From Nitrososphaeria archaeon (GTDB lineage: Archaea > Thermoproteota > Nitrososphaeria > Conexivisphaerales > DTJL01): a stretch of 24,000 nucleotides of DNA. Below the pieces are notes generated by a model, which saw nothing but the letters and a program-made list of their open reading frames with translations, ran no database searches and was not told where the DNA came from. A program made the position numbers and the translations under genes. This document shows positions 8,566 to 18,271 of the stretch, piece after piece. The stretch lies in contig JARVJU010000003.1 of assembly GCA_029775965.1 (NCBI GenBank), forward strand, positions 1 through 24,000, in the 5' to 3' direction. The number at the start of each line of letters is the position of its first letter. Positions within the stretch are counted from its first letter, which is position 1.

Positions 8566-8718
8566 TTATTCTACTGGGTTCTTTTTCATATAATCTTGTA
8601 AAGCCTTTTGCAACTCTTCGCTAGCCTTTCTAGTACTGCCATACTTTCTCAGGCAGTAGACTAGGAACTCGGTCCATACATCTTTGTCCAGCGAAATGCT
8701 TGTCTTGACTTTGCGCAT
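8566..8718 (-). CDS. Small ribbon-helix-helix (CopG/Arc-like) protein
   Basis: MRKVKTSISLDKDVWTEFLVYCLRKYGSTRKASEELQKALQDYMKKNPVE; start placed at the internal Met (8718) rather than 8754. Confidence 0.6.
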   Translation of the reverse strand: MRKVKTSISLDKDVWTEFLVYCLRKYGSTRKASEELQKALQDYMKKNPVE

Positions 8719-8732
8719 CTTTCTTTTGGTAT

Positions 8733-8744
8733 AGCAGTACTGCT
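8733..8744. promoter_or_regulatory. Perfect 12-bp palindrome AGCAGTACTGCT, candidate RHH operator
   Basis: Sits 14 bp upstream of the proposed RHH start codon and downstream of a TATA-like box. Confidence 0.5.
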
Positions 8745-8776
8745 GTATATACATTACTCTGTCTATACCGCTATAC

Positions 8777-8784
8777 TTATATAA
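8777..8784. promoter_or_regulatory. Symmetric TATA-like box TTATATAA between divergent ORFs
   Basis: Self-complementary TTATATAA; about 22 nt upstream of ATG 8802 on the plus strand and about 60 nt upstream of the RHH start on the minus strand. Confidence 0.4.
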
Positions 8785-8801
8785 CGAAAGTGCTAAACCT
8801 T

Positions 8802-8936
8802 ATGTGCTTGCATTCAAAAGAGGAAAGTAATACTGATGTGTTTTTGAAAGGGATACATGCTACAGATCATGAGCTCCTCGAAGCAATGGCGGAACTACTC
8901 GATAATATGAATATAAGGAATATGGAATCAGATTAG
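8802..8936 (+). CDS. Small hypothetical ORF (44 aa), divergent from the RHH gene; possibly leaderless
   Basis: Translation MCLHSKEESNTDVFLKGIHATDHELLEAMAELLDNMNIRNMESD*. No homology recognised. Confidence 0.3.
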   Translation: MCLHSKEESNTDVFLKGIHATDHELLEAMAELLDNMNIRNMESD

Positions 8937-9006
8937 AAAACTATTTGAATGCGAGAGTTTTTCCCATAGATTAATATTTTAGCTCTAGGGAACACGACGG
9001 TTTGTC

Positions 9007-11157
9007 TTGATTAGAATAAGACCTACAGCAGAACCTAAAAAAGTATCAGCCTTTCTGGGAATAACAATCGCCTTTGCTTTAGGTCTTATGTTCAGAATAC
9101 AGATGTCCCAGTTCGGCTATTATCTTGATGGCTTTGACCCTTACTTCCATTATTATGTAACTTCAATTTTAGTAAGGGATCTATCAACACAAGGATTTGC
9201 TGGAATTTCTAATTTCTTTTCAACTGTTGACTATAAGGCATGGTATCCTGTTGGGTTGAACATTGCAACACAGACTTACCCAGGTATGTACTTTACTTCA
9301 GCTTTCTTATATGAATTCATAAAAGCAATAGGAATAAGAATGACACTTTACGAATTTTTGGTCATTGAACCAGCATTCTTTGGCGCATTGCTAGCAATTC
9401 CTGCATATCTGATCGGTTCGAAACTTCACAACGGAACGGTTGGCGTTATTTCTGCCCTTTCTGTAGCTGTAATACCAGATATGCTGTCGCGTACAAGCAT
9501 AGGATCGTACAGGCATGAACCTTTTGCAATACTTGGTGGTATGTTAGCTATATATTTCATCATAATGTCCTATGAAGAGAATGTAGATAGTAAAAGGTCG
9601 CTTATGTATGCCATGGTAGCTGGCTTGATGCTTGGTTATGCCAATATTGTATGGGGAGGTGGAATGTACTTTAATGGTATTGCAGCTGTGTCTTTTCTTT
9701 TAATTCCACTGCTCATCCCTACTGATTATACAAAATGCCTTAACGCTTTTGCTGTACTGATTGTAGATCTCTCAGTAGGGATGGCATTTCCAAATCCAGG
9801 AATCTCTTGGCTATACAATGCAACTATCATCGCCATGGCTGCAGGAGGGTCTGCAGGGCTCTTGCTGACAGCAATAACTAAACATGCCAAAGATGCCAAC
9901 AAGATAATAGATAAGTGGGTTTTTGCAATTATCGTATCTCTGATAGGAATTGTTTCCTTGTTCACAGGCCTTGTGCCCGGGCTAGCAGGAAAATACTTGG
10001 TTCTGATAAACCCCATTACGACAGCGGCTGGGGCAGCGGTACACACAGTTGCAGAGCAGCAAGCAACAAGTGGCGTCCAGTTCTTACATACTTATACTGT
10101 TTTACTTTTTCTCTCTGTTCTCGGTGGATATTTTGCACTTAAGAAGAAGAATGCTGCTTCAGTAATCATGGTTGTCACTTTACTGTCAGCTTTGTACTTT
10201 GCATCCACATACGTGAGACTTACAGAGCTGTTACCTATGCCCATAGGTGTCCTTGCCGGTTTTGGGACATCCAAGCTGCTTGAGAATGAAGAAAAAGATG
10301 CAGGCAAAAAGAAGTTAGCAAGAGAAGCAAGAGTCGCTATGAAGAGCGTAGTTTCTATCCTTCTGATCTTTCTGATAGCTGTTACAGCAATATATGTCTG
10401 GCTACCCGGAGTTGTAGATAGGGGATATTCTATTACTTCGTCAGCAACCATACTCCCCGGCCAAGTATACGTCCCTGCCTGGCTTCAAGCCCTCACATGG
10501 ATAAGTGAAAATACACCTCAAAACGCAAAGATAGTGTCGTGGTGGGATTATGGCTATTGGATAGAGACTATGGGTAACAGAACAACATTCATAGACGGGG
10601 CTACTATCAATTCAGCTGTCATGGCAGAAGTAGCAAGGATGTTCCTAAGTAACGAAACACAGGCAGTTAATATAATGAAAGACTTGGGCGGGAATTATGT
10701 AGTTGTGTTTCTTACCCTGATAAAGGTGACACAGTCTGGAGCCTCATACTACACTCTTGGAAGAGTAAATGGAATAGGAGGGGATGACAGCAAATATGAT
10801 GCTATGGCTGCTATAGCAGGCTTGAACGATAGCATCTTCAACAATGCATATACAGACATGCCGAACAGATATTTTTGGAATAATACTCTTCTGGGTCAAC
10901 TATTCCCTCTAAACTACGTTGGTTATGGCCTTTATGATACAAGCACTGGAAGCTTCAGCATAGAACCTAGCTACAACCCAAGCTACTTAGGACAGACTAA
11001 CATGATACAGATTCCTCTCTATACTATGCAGCAGAAGTATCCGTTTGGCGCTTCTCCTTTTGAGCTTGTCTTCCAGTCTTCTTCTGCACCAGTTGCAGGA
11101 AATGTGATAGCTCAGGTATTTGTGTATAAATTCGACCCGTCAAACGCTCCAGCTTAG
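9007..11157 (+). CDS. aglB: Archaeal oligosaccharyltransferase (AglB/STT3 family), TTG start
   Basis: GYYLDGFDPYFHYY N-terminal Asp motif, many TM helices, and NAKIVSWWDYGYWIETMGNRTTF (WWDYG motif). Confidence 0.95.
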   Translation: MIRIRPTAEPKKVSAFLGITIAFALGLMFRIQMSQFGYYLDGFDPYFHYYVTSILVRDLSTQGFAGISNFFSTVDYKAWYPVGLNIATQTYPGMYFTSAFLYEFIKAIGIRMTLYEFLVIEPAFFGALLAIPAYLIGSKLHNGTVGVISALSVAVIPDMLSRTSIGSYRHEPFAILGGMLAIYFIIMSYEENVDSKRSLMYAMVAGLMLGYANIVWGGGMYFNGIAAVSFLLIPLLIPTDYTKCLNAFAVLIVDLSVGMAFPNPGISWLYNATIIAMAAGGSAGLLLTAITKHAKDANKIIDKWVFAIIVSLIGIVSLFTGLVPGLAGKYLVLINPITTAAGAAVHTVAEQQATSGVQFLHTYTVLLFLSVLGGYFALKKKNAASVIMVVTLLSALYFASTYVRLTELLPMPIGVLAGFGTSKLLENEEKDAGKKKLAREARVAMKSVVSILLIFLIAVTAIYVWLPGVVDRGYSITSSATILPGQVYVPAWLQALTWISENTPQNAKIVSWWDYGYWIETMGNRTTFIDGATINSAVMAEVARMFLSNETQAVNIMKDLGGNYVVVFLTLIKVTQSGASYYTLGRVNGIGGDDSKYDAMAAIAGLNDSIFNNAYTDMPNRYFWNNTLLGQLFPLNYVGYGLYDTSTGSFSIEPSYNPSYLGQTNMIQIPLYTMQQKYPFGASPFELVFQSSSAPVAGNVIAQVFVYKFDPSNAPA

Positions 11158-11189
11158 CTCAAATCACTTTTAACAGCCTATTTGAGTTA
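11155..11189 (+). terminator. Stem-loop overlapping the aglB stop codon
   Basis: TAGCTCAAAT ... ATTTGAGTTA inverted repeat (10 positions, one G-T pair), 15-nt loop. No T-tract. Confidence 0.25.
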
Positions 11190-11410
11190 TCACTACAGTT
11201 AAACATGCGATGAATCGCTAGCTGCAGCACTGAAACTTCAGCAACTTTACTCTAATTTATCATCTATATTTGCCAGAGGAGCTTGTTATGGTTCTGCGCG
11301 TAAATATTGAAAGTATAGAATAATGCTCTGGCTCGAAAGGCTAACTGACCTGGCAAAGTTACATGTATCAAGTCAGAACCTTTTTAACAGATAGGAAAAG
11401 CGATGGAATT

Positions 11411-12691
11411 ATGGCTTTAGGTAATGATGCAAGGCTACTATTAGCTGCAGTTATATTTGTCACAGTTTACTCTATGCTTTGGGTAAGAAGAAAGGGCAAG
11501 CCACTGCTTCCTATGTGGATAATATTCCTGATAGGAGGGATTCTTATGCTTTTAACAGGTATAGAAACTGTAAAGCAGGCAGCATCTTCCATCGATATTC
11601 AGGTACTTGTATTTCTTTTCGGGATGTTCATGATTTCTAAAGGATTAGAGCTTTCCGGAGACCTGGAGAAGATGTCTAGCTGGATAGTTAGGCATGGTGT
11701 TACACCTTTTCGCTTAATGATGCTCCTATCCTTTGGCTTTGGTCTTACTTCAGCTGTATTGATGAATGATTCTTTGGCAATTATAGGCACCCCTATACTG
11801 ATAAGCTATGCAAGGAAAGTCAGGATAGACGCCAAACCTCTTCTTTATGCGCTCGCCTTTGCTGTCACAATAGGAAGTGCCATGACCCCGATGGGAAACC
11901 CACAAAACATGCTTATAGCATTGCAGAGTGGTATAAAGGAACCTTTAGTATCTTTTCTCTTTTATATTGCACCTTTTTCACTAATAGAGCTGTTTGTTAC
12001 ATCAGTCTTCCTCCTGTACATCTATAGGCCCAAGCTCAGACTGGGTAAAGAAAGCATTGAGCTGACAGTGCTGAACGACCCTGAACTTTCGAAATGGTCC
12101 AGAACTGCGCTTGCTGTATCTATTATAGCAATAATTTACTCTAACCTTGCCCAGCTTTTAGGATACAGTCCTCTAATAGATATAGCTGAGGCATCCTTTA
12201 TTGGATCTGTTTTTCTTCTTGTTGCTTCGAAAAGAAGAATCGAACTTTTAAAAAGAATGGACTGGAGTGTTCTACTGATGTTTGTAGGCCTCTTCGTATT
12301 CACAGAAGGAGTTTATTCAGGAGGGATTTTTAACTTGATCTCTTCCTATATATTACACCTTTCAGGAGATAATCTTCTCTACTTTATAGTATCTGCAAGT
12401 ATACTGATTAGTCAAGTGATAAGCAATGTTCCATTAGCCATACTGCTTATGCCGCTCTTCAAACAATTGATACTTCCTTCTCAGGCTGGATACTGGGCAG
12501 CTTTTGCAGCATCAAGCACATTAGCTGGAGCTCTGACATTGCTTGGAGCAGCTAGTAATCTGATAGTTGCTGAGCAGGCTCAGAAGTATGGGGAGAGCAT
12601 TTCATTCAGAGAATTTGCTAAGCTAGGATTAGTAATAACAACTACTGGTGTAGTCATTTTGCTTCTAACTTTGAAACTCTATGGCCTATAA
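11411..12691 (+). CDS. SLC13/ArsB/NhaD-type ion transporter (permease)
   Basis: Many TM helices; MLLSFGFGLTSAVLMNDSLAIIGTPILI, GSAMTPMGNPQNMLIAL and SNVPLAILLMPL motifs of the anion permease superfamily. Confidence 0.85.
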   Translation: MALGNDARLLLAAVIFVTVYSMLWVRRKGKPLLPMWIIFLIGGILMLLTGIETVKQAASSIDIQVLVFLFGMFMISKGLELSGDLEKMSSWIVRHGVTPFRLMMLLSFGFGLTSAVLMNDSLAIIGTPILISYARKVRIDAKPLLYALAFAVTIGSAMTPMGNPQNMLIALQSGIKEPLVSFLFYIAPFSLIELFVTSVFLLYIYRPKLRLGKESIELTVLNDPELSKWSRTALAVSIIAIIYSNLAQLLGYSPLIDIAEASFIGSVFLLVASKRRIELLKRMDWSVLLMFVGLFVFTEGVYSGGIFNLISSYILHLSGDNLLYFIVSASILISQVISNVPLAILLMPLFKQLILPSQAGYWAAFAASSTLAGALTLLGAASNLIVAEQAQKYGESISFREFAKLGLVITTTGVVILLLTLKLYGL

Positions 12692-13429
12692 TACATCGAA
12701 ATAGATTCTGAACCCTTGTTCAGCGGTAGTTAGCCTATCTATTCTGACACCCTTTAATTCTGAAAGTTTCTCTACATGAGTTCCGCCACATGGAATTGGA
12801 TCATAACCCTCTATCTTAACCATCCTTATCTGTCTTGCATTTTTCAAAGCATTCTGCCAGAATTCTCTTAGTTGAACCGAACTATCATTATCGATAATGT
12901 ATGATGATACCTTCAAGCCCTTTTTTATGCTATCCTGCATTATCGAGTAGACCCTTTCTACTGTATCTTTACTTGGCATTTCACCTTTATACCCGACATA
13001 AGATTCGTCTCCAAGCCAAGAGACTGTTGGCTCATACTCCTTTCCTGTAGCTGCTTTTAATGCTCCATCAAAAAGATGGGCAGCTGCATGTCTTCTCATA
13101 TACAGATACCTCGTATCCCAGTCTATAGCTTCCTCTGCCTTTCCCAACTTCGGCTCGCCACTTGACTTGCCATACAGTACTACTACATCATTCACCTTGA
13201 AAGCTTTCTTTACGTTCAAGGTAAAACTTGGAGAAATTATCATTCCTGTATCGTTAGGCTGTCCGCCACTCTTTGGGTAAAAGATTGTCTTTTCTGGAAT
13301 TAAGTAGTAAGAGCTGCCGCTCTCCTTAACTACTTTTAGCAGATTGGTTTCGTTTGTCTTTGAATATGGTTTCTCAAGGTAGAGTAGTTTGGTTGGAGGT
13401 ATATCCTTTACAATATCGTCAAGCTTCAA
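12686..13429 (-). CDS. alaX: Alanyl-tRNA editing protein AlaX
   Basis: TKFFYP-like KTIFYPKSGGQPNDTG, RRHAAAHLFDGAL zinc/His motif, and PIPCGGTHVEKLSEL. Confidence 0.92.
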   Translation of the reverse strand: MKLDDIVKDIPPTKLLYLEKPYSKTNETNLLKVVKESGSSYYLIPEKTIFYPKSGGQPNDTGMIISPSFTLNVKKAFKVNDVVVLYGKSSGEPKLGKAEEAIDWDTRYLYMRRHAAAHLFDGALKAATGKEYEPTVSWLGDESYVGYKGEMPSKDTVERVYSIMQDSIKKGLKVSSYIIDNDSSVQLREFWQNALKNARQIRMVKIEGYDPIPCGGTHVEKLSELKGVRIDRLTTAEQGFRIYFDVL

Positions 13430-13857
13430 GCCCTAAAGGTTCCTTCCAAGCCCCTCAAAAATGCATCGGCTTCCTGAAGTACTCTTTTGGCATTATCATA
13501 GCTCAGTTTTTGCATCGCTTCTTCATAGGTCATCCATAGAAATCCCTGATGCTCATCCGAGACCTGAACAGCAGAAGGCTTAGTCTCCATGAGGAAAAAA
13601 GTAACCTCCTTTGGATTTTGCTGCCCCTGTTTTCTATACGTGTATTTTATTGTAACCTTGAAGCCAGGGAGTATCCTTAGATGTTTGAGCCCTGTTTCCT
13701 CGTTCACTTCACGCAGCGCTGCATCTTCTTCTGTCTCTTTATCCGCTAAATGCCCTTTTGGGAACTCCCAGTACCCCTTTCTGTTAATCATGAGTAAATA
13801 CCTAGGGCTATCGCTACCAGCTCTGTAGAATATGACGCCGCCTGCAGATTTCTCCAT
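13426..13857 (-). CDS. NUDIX hydrolase (diadenosine tetraphosphatase-like)
   Basis: GHLADKETEEDAALREVNEETGL fits the NUDIX box GX5EX7REUXEEXGU; 4-nt overlap with alaX. Confidence 0.92.
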   Translation of the reverse strand: MEKSAGGVIFYRAGSDSPRYLLMINRKGYWEFPKGHLADKETEEDAALREVNEETGLKHLRILPGFKVTIKYTYRKQGQQNPKEVTFFLMETKPSAVQVSDEHQGFLWMTYEEAMQKLSYDNAKRVLQEADAFLRGLEGTFRA

Positions 13858-13956
13858 GCTACTAAATCAGATGTAAAGCCACTGATAAAAGTTTGCTTTA
13901 AAAATCTTCAGAGCTGTATCCAAAGGTTAAAAATATCTGCTATCAAAAGCTAAGCA

Positions 13957-14337
13957 ATGCCAAGAACATTCAGGGCCCCGCAAGGAGTATTGAGAACGCT
14001 TATCCTTGCTTATGCATCTCGTTCCCCAGTCAATGGTGTAGAGATAGCAAGGTCAGTGGCAAAGGATACGGAGGGTAGATGGAATCCAAGTCCTGGTTCT
14101 TTGTACTACCTGCTAAAAGAGCTCAAGGAAGATGGCCTGCTGCTGGAGATGAAACAAGGAGGAGAAAGAAGGTACATATGTACACACAAGGGAGAGGAGG
14201 AAATGAGAAAAGCTCACACTATGCTGAAGGAGATGACTTTGCGCTACCTTGATATGCTGAGGCTCTTAGCTAGGATGCTAAACCATGATGATTATAAGAG
14301 GATCGAAGAAGTAAAAAAGATCCTTAGCCCGTTTTAG
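13957..14337 (+). CDS. PadR-family transcriptional regulator
   Basis: GVLRTLILAYASRSPVNGVEIARSVAKDTEGRWNPSPGSLYYLLKELKEDGLL, a PadR winged helix. Confidence 0.9.
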   Translation: MPRTFRAPQGVLRTLILAYASRSPVNGVEIARSVAKDTEGRWNPSPGSLYYLLKELKEDGLLLEMKQGGERRYICTHKGEEEMRKAHTMLKEMTLRYLDMLRLLARMLNHDDYKRIEEVKKILSPF

Positions 14338-14672
14338 GTAAAATAAGTCAGGCTCCTGAGAATTATCCCCGTCTACTCTTACTAATTCCGCTGGATACTA
14401 GGAATACAATAGAAAAGGTACGAGCCTCAGACAAGGCCTTCCTTTGAGTAGGTTTGATATGATTAACATCTTTCCTTACTTGCATATCTAGTAGTGTAAA
14501 AGTCTGCTAAATGGATCCTTTTTTGCTGCAGTTGATATTGATATAATTCATGCTTGTCTGGTATTTTATCCTGCGACATATTCTCCAAGGGATAAAAGTT
14601 GCTGTTAGTTTTTTTATTCGAATGATACCAAAACTGGCCTAGGGGTTGTTATCAAATGGCAAAGCACACCAA

Positions 14673-14690
14673 GGCTTGAAAAGACAAGCC
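14673..14690 (-). terminator. Short hairpin GGCTTG-N6-CAAGCC just downstream of the Opp operon
   Basis: 6-bp inverted repeat directly after the oppF stop (14694). No T-tract. Confidence 0.25.
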
Positions 14691-14693
14691 AAG

Positions 14694-16004
14694 TTAGTTA
14701 CCAGAAATCGCACCCTTCTGTGTAGCCATAACCTCAGGTGAATAAAGCAAGCAGGAGACCTTTTTTCCGTTGTCAAGGTTGTACATCTTTGGCGTGACAA
14801 AGTGTGAGAGAGAAATAAGAACACCTTCTTCTGTATCCTTGATATTCGCTATACTCATAAGACTTCTCATTTTTTCTCTTTCAGAGGCTATCATTTCAGA
14901 AAGCTGAATAGAATTTGTTCCTTTAATCAGTATGCTTAATGCATCCTTTGGAATAACCTGTGTATTACCTTGAAATGTGGTATAGTATTTTCCTTGAACC
15001 AGATAATCAAGGTCTGTAGCTACCTCGTCAGCTGTCCAGCCACACAGCTCAAATGCAACAGGACATCTTGGATGGAATCTGCATCCTGACGGCGGGAATA
15101 CTAGATTAGGAGGATCTCCTTGGAGTATTATTCTCTGCCTCATTCTTGCTCTTCCTGGTACAGCTGAGATCAAGGCTATTGTATAAGGATGAGTAGGATT
15201 TAAAATAACATCCCTTTTTACACCACTTTCCATTACTTTCCCAGCGTACATAACGTTGACAAAGTCCGCCATGTATGCAATTACAGCTATGTTATGTGTG
15301 ATCAAAAGCATACTTATGTTATATCTGCTACGAATCTTCTTTAAAAGTGAAAGTATCTGTGCCTGAACAGAAACATCTAGGGCTGAAGTTGGCTCATCGA
15401 GAACTAAGAACTTTGGAAGAGTTGAAATGCCTCTTGCGAGAGCTACTCTTTGCCTTTGTCCTCCTGACAGCTCATGGGGATAGCGAAAAGCAAAATCTCT
15501 TGGCAAACCAACCTCGTCAAGCAGTTCAAGACATCTCTTTCTTGCTTTTTCCGGATCAAGATAGCCTGTAGCAAGCATAGGCTCAGTTATTATATCTTCC
15601 ACCCTCATCCTAGGATCTAGGGAGGAATAGGGATCCTGGAAGACCATCCCCATCTGCTTCCTCATTTCTTTCATTGCTTTGCCTTTACTTCTAAAAATAG
15701 AATATTCCTCTTCTATCTTCCTACACTTGTCTGCCTGATTTGTTTCTATGTATTTATCATATTCAGCTAGTACATCGTCAGGTATGTCGAATAGCACTTG
15801 CCCAGAAGTTGGCTGGAGAAGAGCCATCAGAAGCCTTCCAAGTGTGCTCTTGCCTGAGCCGCTTTCACCAACAACACCTACTATCGACCCCTCTTTGATA
15901 TCAATGCTTATGTCATCTACAGCCTTGAGACTCAAACCCCCGCCCACTATTCCTGTACCTTTAAGCTGGAAGTATTTTGTCAGTCTCCTAGCTGCTACTA
16001 TCAT
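14694..16004 (-). CDS. oppF: Oligopeptide/dipeptide ABC transporter ATPase (OppF/DppF-like) with C-terminal extension
   Basis: GESGSGKST, QDPYSSLDPR, LSGGQRQRVALARG, and VLDEPTSALDVSVQAQIL, plus C-terminal GCRFHPRCP motif. Confidence 0.93.
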   Translation of the reverse strand: MIVAARRLTKYFQLKGTGIVGGGLSLKAVDDISIDIKEGSIVGVVGESGSGKSTLGRLLMALLQPTSGQVLFDIPDDVLAEYDKYIETNQADKCRKIEEEYSIFRSKGKAMKEMRKQMGMVFQDPYSSLDPRMRVEDIITEPMLATGYLDPEKARKRCLELLDEVGLPRDFAFRYPHELSGGQRQRVALARGISTLPKFLVLDEPTSALDVSVQAQILSLLKKIRSRYNISMLLITHNIAVIAYMADFVNVMYAGKVMESGVKRDVILNPTHPYTIALISAVPGRARMRQRIILQGDPPNLVFPPSGCRFHPRCPVAFELCGWTADEVATDLDYLVQGKYYTTFQGNTQVIPKDALSILIKGTNSIQLSEMIASEREKMRSLMSIANIKDTEEGVLISLSHFVTPKMYNLDNGKKVSCLLYSPEVMATQKGAISGN

Positions 16005-17368
16005 TTATTATCACCGCTGTACAGAAAACAGGCTACATAATGATCCTTTGAGACCTGTATCATATCTGGAACCCTTTCCCTGCAGATCTCCATAATATAA
16101 GGGCACCTCGGGTGAAACATACAACCGCTAGGTGGAAACCTCATATCTGGCACAGCTCCTCCTATCTCCTGGATTTCTTTCTCTTCAAGAGTTGGTATTG
16201 CAGCTATCAGGAATTTGGTGTATGGGTGCATGGGATTATCGAAGATCTCTTTAGTTGGAGCGATTTCAACTATCCTACCTCCGTACATTATACCTATTCT
16301 ATCACAAACTTCAGAAAGTACAGAAAGGTCGTGTGAAATAAATATAAAGGATGTATTGAATTTTACCTTCAAATGTCTTACAAGCTCCAGAATCTGAGCT
16401 TGCACTGTGACGTCTAATGCAGATGTTGGTTCATCCATGATAACCAACTCTGGGTTATTTGCAAGCGCTATAGCTATTACAATCCTCTGTCTCATTCCTC
16501 CAGAAAGCTCATGGGGGTACATTCTGATTACCTTATCCGCGTTAGGAACTTCGAGTGTTGAAAGCAATTCAAGCGCCTTCAGGTAGCCCTCTTTCAGCAG
16601 TACCCTTCTTGTATACCTGCTAAGAATTGGTGTCTTGGACAACCAGCTAGGCAGATTCCCTTTTTCCTTTACAGCATTAAGAACAAACCTATCAAACCAG
16701 CTCAGCTTCTCAGAGTGAAGTGATAATATCATCTTCTCTTTCTTAGCATCAGCTAGATCTTTTCTCCTCCATATACTAATTACCTGTTCGGTCAACCCCT
16801 CAAGTCCTTTGTTTCGAAAGAAATCTTCCAAAGCTTTTTCATCGGATTCTGTTGCTCTCAGTACCTTTAGAGCTTCATTCAGATCTGACCTTTTTGCATT
16901 TGCTCTAGCTAGCCTGCGCATAGCTAGAGTTCTAGGCTGATGAACCAGCATTGTTTCAGCAACTTGATACCCTACCTGCAGAACAGGGTTTAGGCTTGTC
17001 ATGGGATCCTGAAAGACCATAGCTACTTTGTTACCTCTTATTGTTGAAAGTTCTCTGTTCATCTTTTTTATTACGTTCTCATTCCTCCTGAAGTTAAATT
17101 TTTGGTTGCTCTTCGTTGCATATTCTCTGAGAGGCGCTATAACATCCTTCCCGTCTAAAAGCACACTTCCCGACGTTACACTTGCATTTCTTGGAAGAAG
17201 GCCCATGATAGTAAGGCCGAGAGTGCTCTTTCCTGATCCGCTTTCCCCAGCAATTCCAAATACTTCGCCCTTTCTGAGCTCCAGTTCAATTCCGTTCAGC
17301 GCCTTATAGATTCCCCTTCTTGTATAGAATTGCTGTTTGACTTCCTTCACCTTAAGTACCTCGGACAT
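16001..17368 (-). CDS. oppD: Oligopeptide/dipeptide ABC transporter ATPase (OppD/DppD-like) with large helical-domain insertion
   Basis: GESGSGKST, VFQDPMTSLNP, LSGGMRQR, MDEPTSALDVT, and GCMFHPRCPY. Confidence 0.93.
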   Translation of the reverse strand: MSEVLKVKEVKQQFYTRRGIYKALNGIELELRKGEVFGIAGESGSGKSTLGLTIMGLLPRNASVTSGSVLLDGKDVIAPLREYATKSNQKFNFRRNENVIKKMNRELSTIRGNKVAMVFQDPMTSLNPVLQVGYQVAETMLVHQPRTLAMRRLARANAKRSDLNEALKVLRATESDEKALEDFFRNKGLEGLTEQVISIWRRKDLADAKKEKMILSLHSEKLSWFDRFVLNAVKEKGNLPSWLSKTPILSRYTRRVLLKEGYLKALELLSTLEVPNADKVIRMYPHELSGGMRQRIVIAIALANNPELVIMDEPTSALDVTVQAQILELVRHLKVKFNTSFIFISHDLSVLSEVCDRIGIMYGGRIVEIAPTKEIFDNPMHPYTKFLIAAIPTLEEKEIQEIGGAVPDMRFPPSGCMFHPRCPYIMEICRERVPDMIQVSKDHYVACFLYSGDNK

Positions 17369-17369
17369 T

Positions 17370-18260
17370 TCAGCCCCTCCTTCTTGGGTCTATGACATCT
17401 CTTAACCCATCTCCGAGAAGGTTAACAGCTAGCGCAAAGATTGTGATGAACAAACCAGGAAAGATAAGTGCCCATGGAGCCGTCTGGACAAAGTTTAGCC
17501 CCAAGCTCGTAAGATATCCTAGTTCTGGAATGTTTGCGCTAGGTATGAAGCCTATAAATGCTAAAGTGGAAAAGATCACCATTATTGATCCAAGGTCAAG
17601 GCTTATCTGAATAAATATTGGAGGCAGAACATTAGGGAGTATATGACGAAACATTATTGTTGTTCTGCCTACACCTGCAGCTTTTGCTGCCTCAATAAAT
17701 GTGTATTCTTTTGTAGATAGCGTCTGACTTCTTGCATACCTTGCATAGAGCGGCCACCATGTTATGGCTAATGCTATAGACATGTGCCAAAGACTTCTGC
17801 CTAGAATAAAACCTACTGCCAAGGCGAGAATAAGATAAGGAATGCTGAAAACTATATCAGTAATCCTCATTATAACCTCATCAAACATACCCGAAGCCCA
17901 GGCAGAAACAATTCCTATTACAGCTCCTACACTTGCCCCCACAGCAACCACAAAAAATGAATAGGCAAGGTCAATCCTTATCGCTTTAAGTATGCTAGTC
18001 AGAAGGTCTATGCCTGGATAAGTCGTTCCTAGTATATGCTGTGGGGATGGGGGCAAAGGAACAGGATTCAGGAAATTGGGGACCAAAACATCAGGGTGAT
18101 GAATACCGAGAAGCATTGGGTCAAACTGCATGATAAGTGCATCTATGAGATATACAAGAACTATTATGAGCCCGACAACAGCTGACTTGTTTGCCATGAA
18201 GACTGAAATTGAAAGCTTCAGGTTTTCCCACCTTCCTGCTTCTGCCGTTTCTTGCTGCAA
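17370..18260 (-). CDS. dppC: ABC transporter permease (DppC/OppC-like)
   Basis: EAAKAAGVGRTTIMFRHILPNVLPPI EAA-loop motif; preceded by DppB-like gene. Confidence 0.93.
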   Translation of the reverse strand: MQQETAEAGRWENLKLSISVFMANKSAVVGLIIVLVYLIDALIMQFDPMLLGIHHPDVLVPNFLNPVPLPPSPQHILGTTYPGIDLLTSILKAIRIDLAYSFFVVAVGASVGAVIGIVSAWASGMFDEVIMRITDIVFSIPYLILALAVGFILGRSLWHMSIALAITWWPLYARYARSQTLSTKEYTFIEAAKAAGVGRTTIMFRHILPNVLPPIFIQISLDLGSIMVIFSTLAFIGFIPSANIPELGYLTSLGLNFVQTAPWALIFPGLFITIFALAVNLLGDGLRDVIDPRRRG

Positions 18261-18271
18261 CTGTCATCACC

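Noticed and set aside
15347-16397. Plus-strand ORFs opposite oppF and oppD
   Set aside because: Antisense to strongly supported ABC ATPases.
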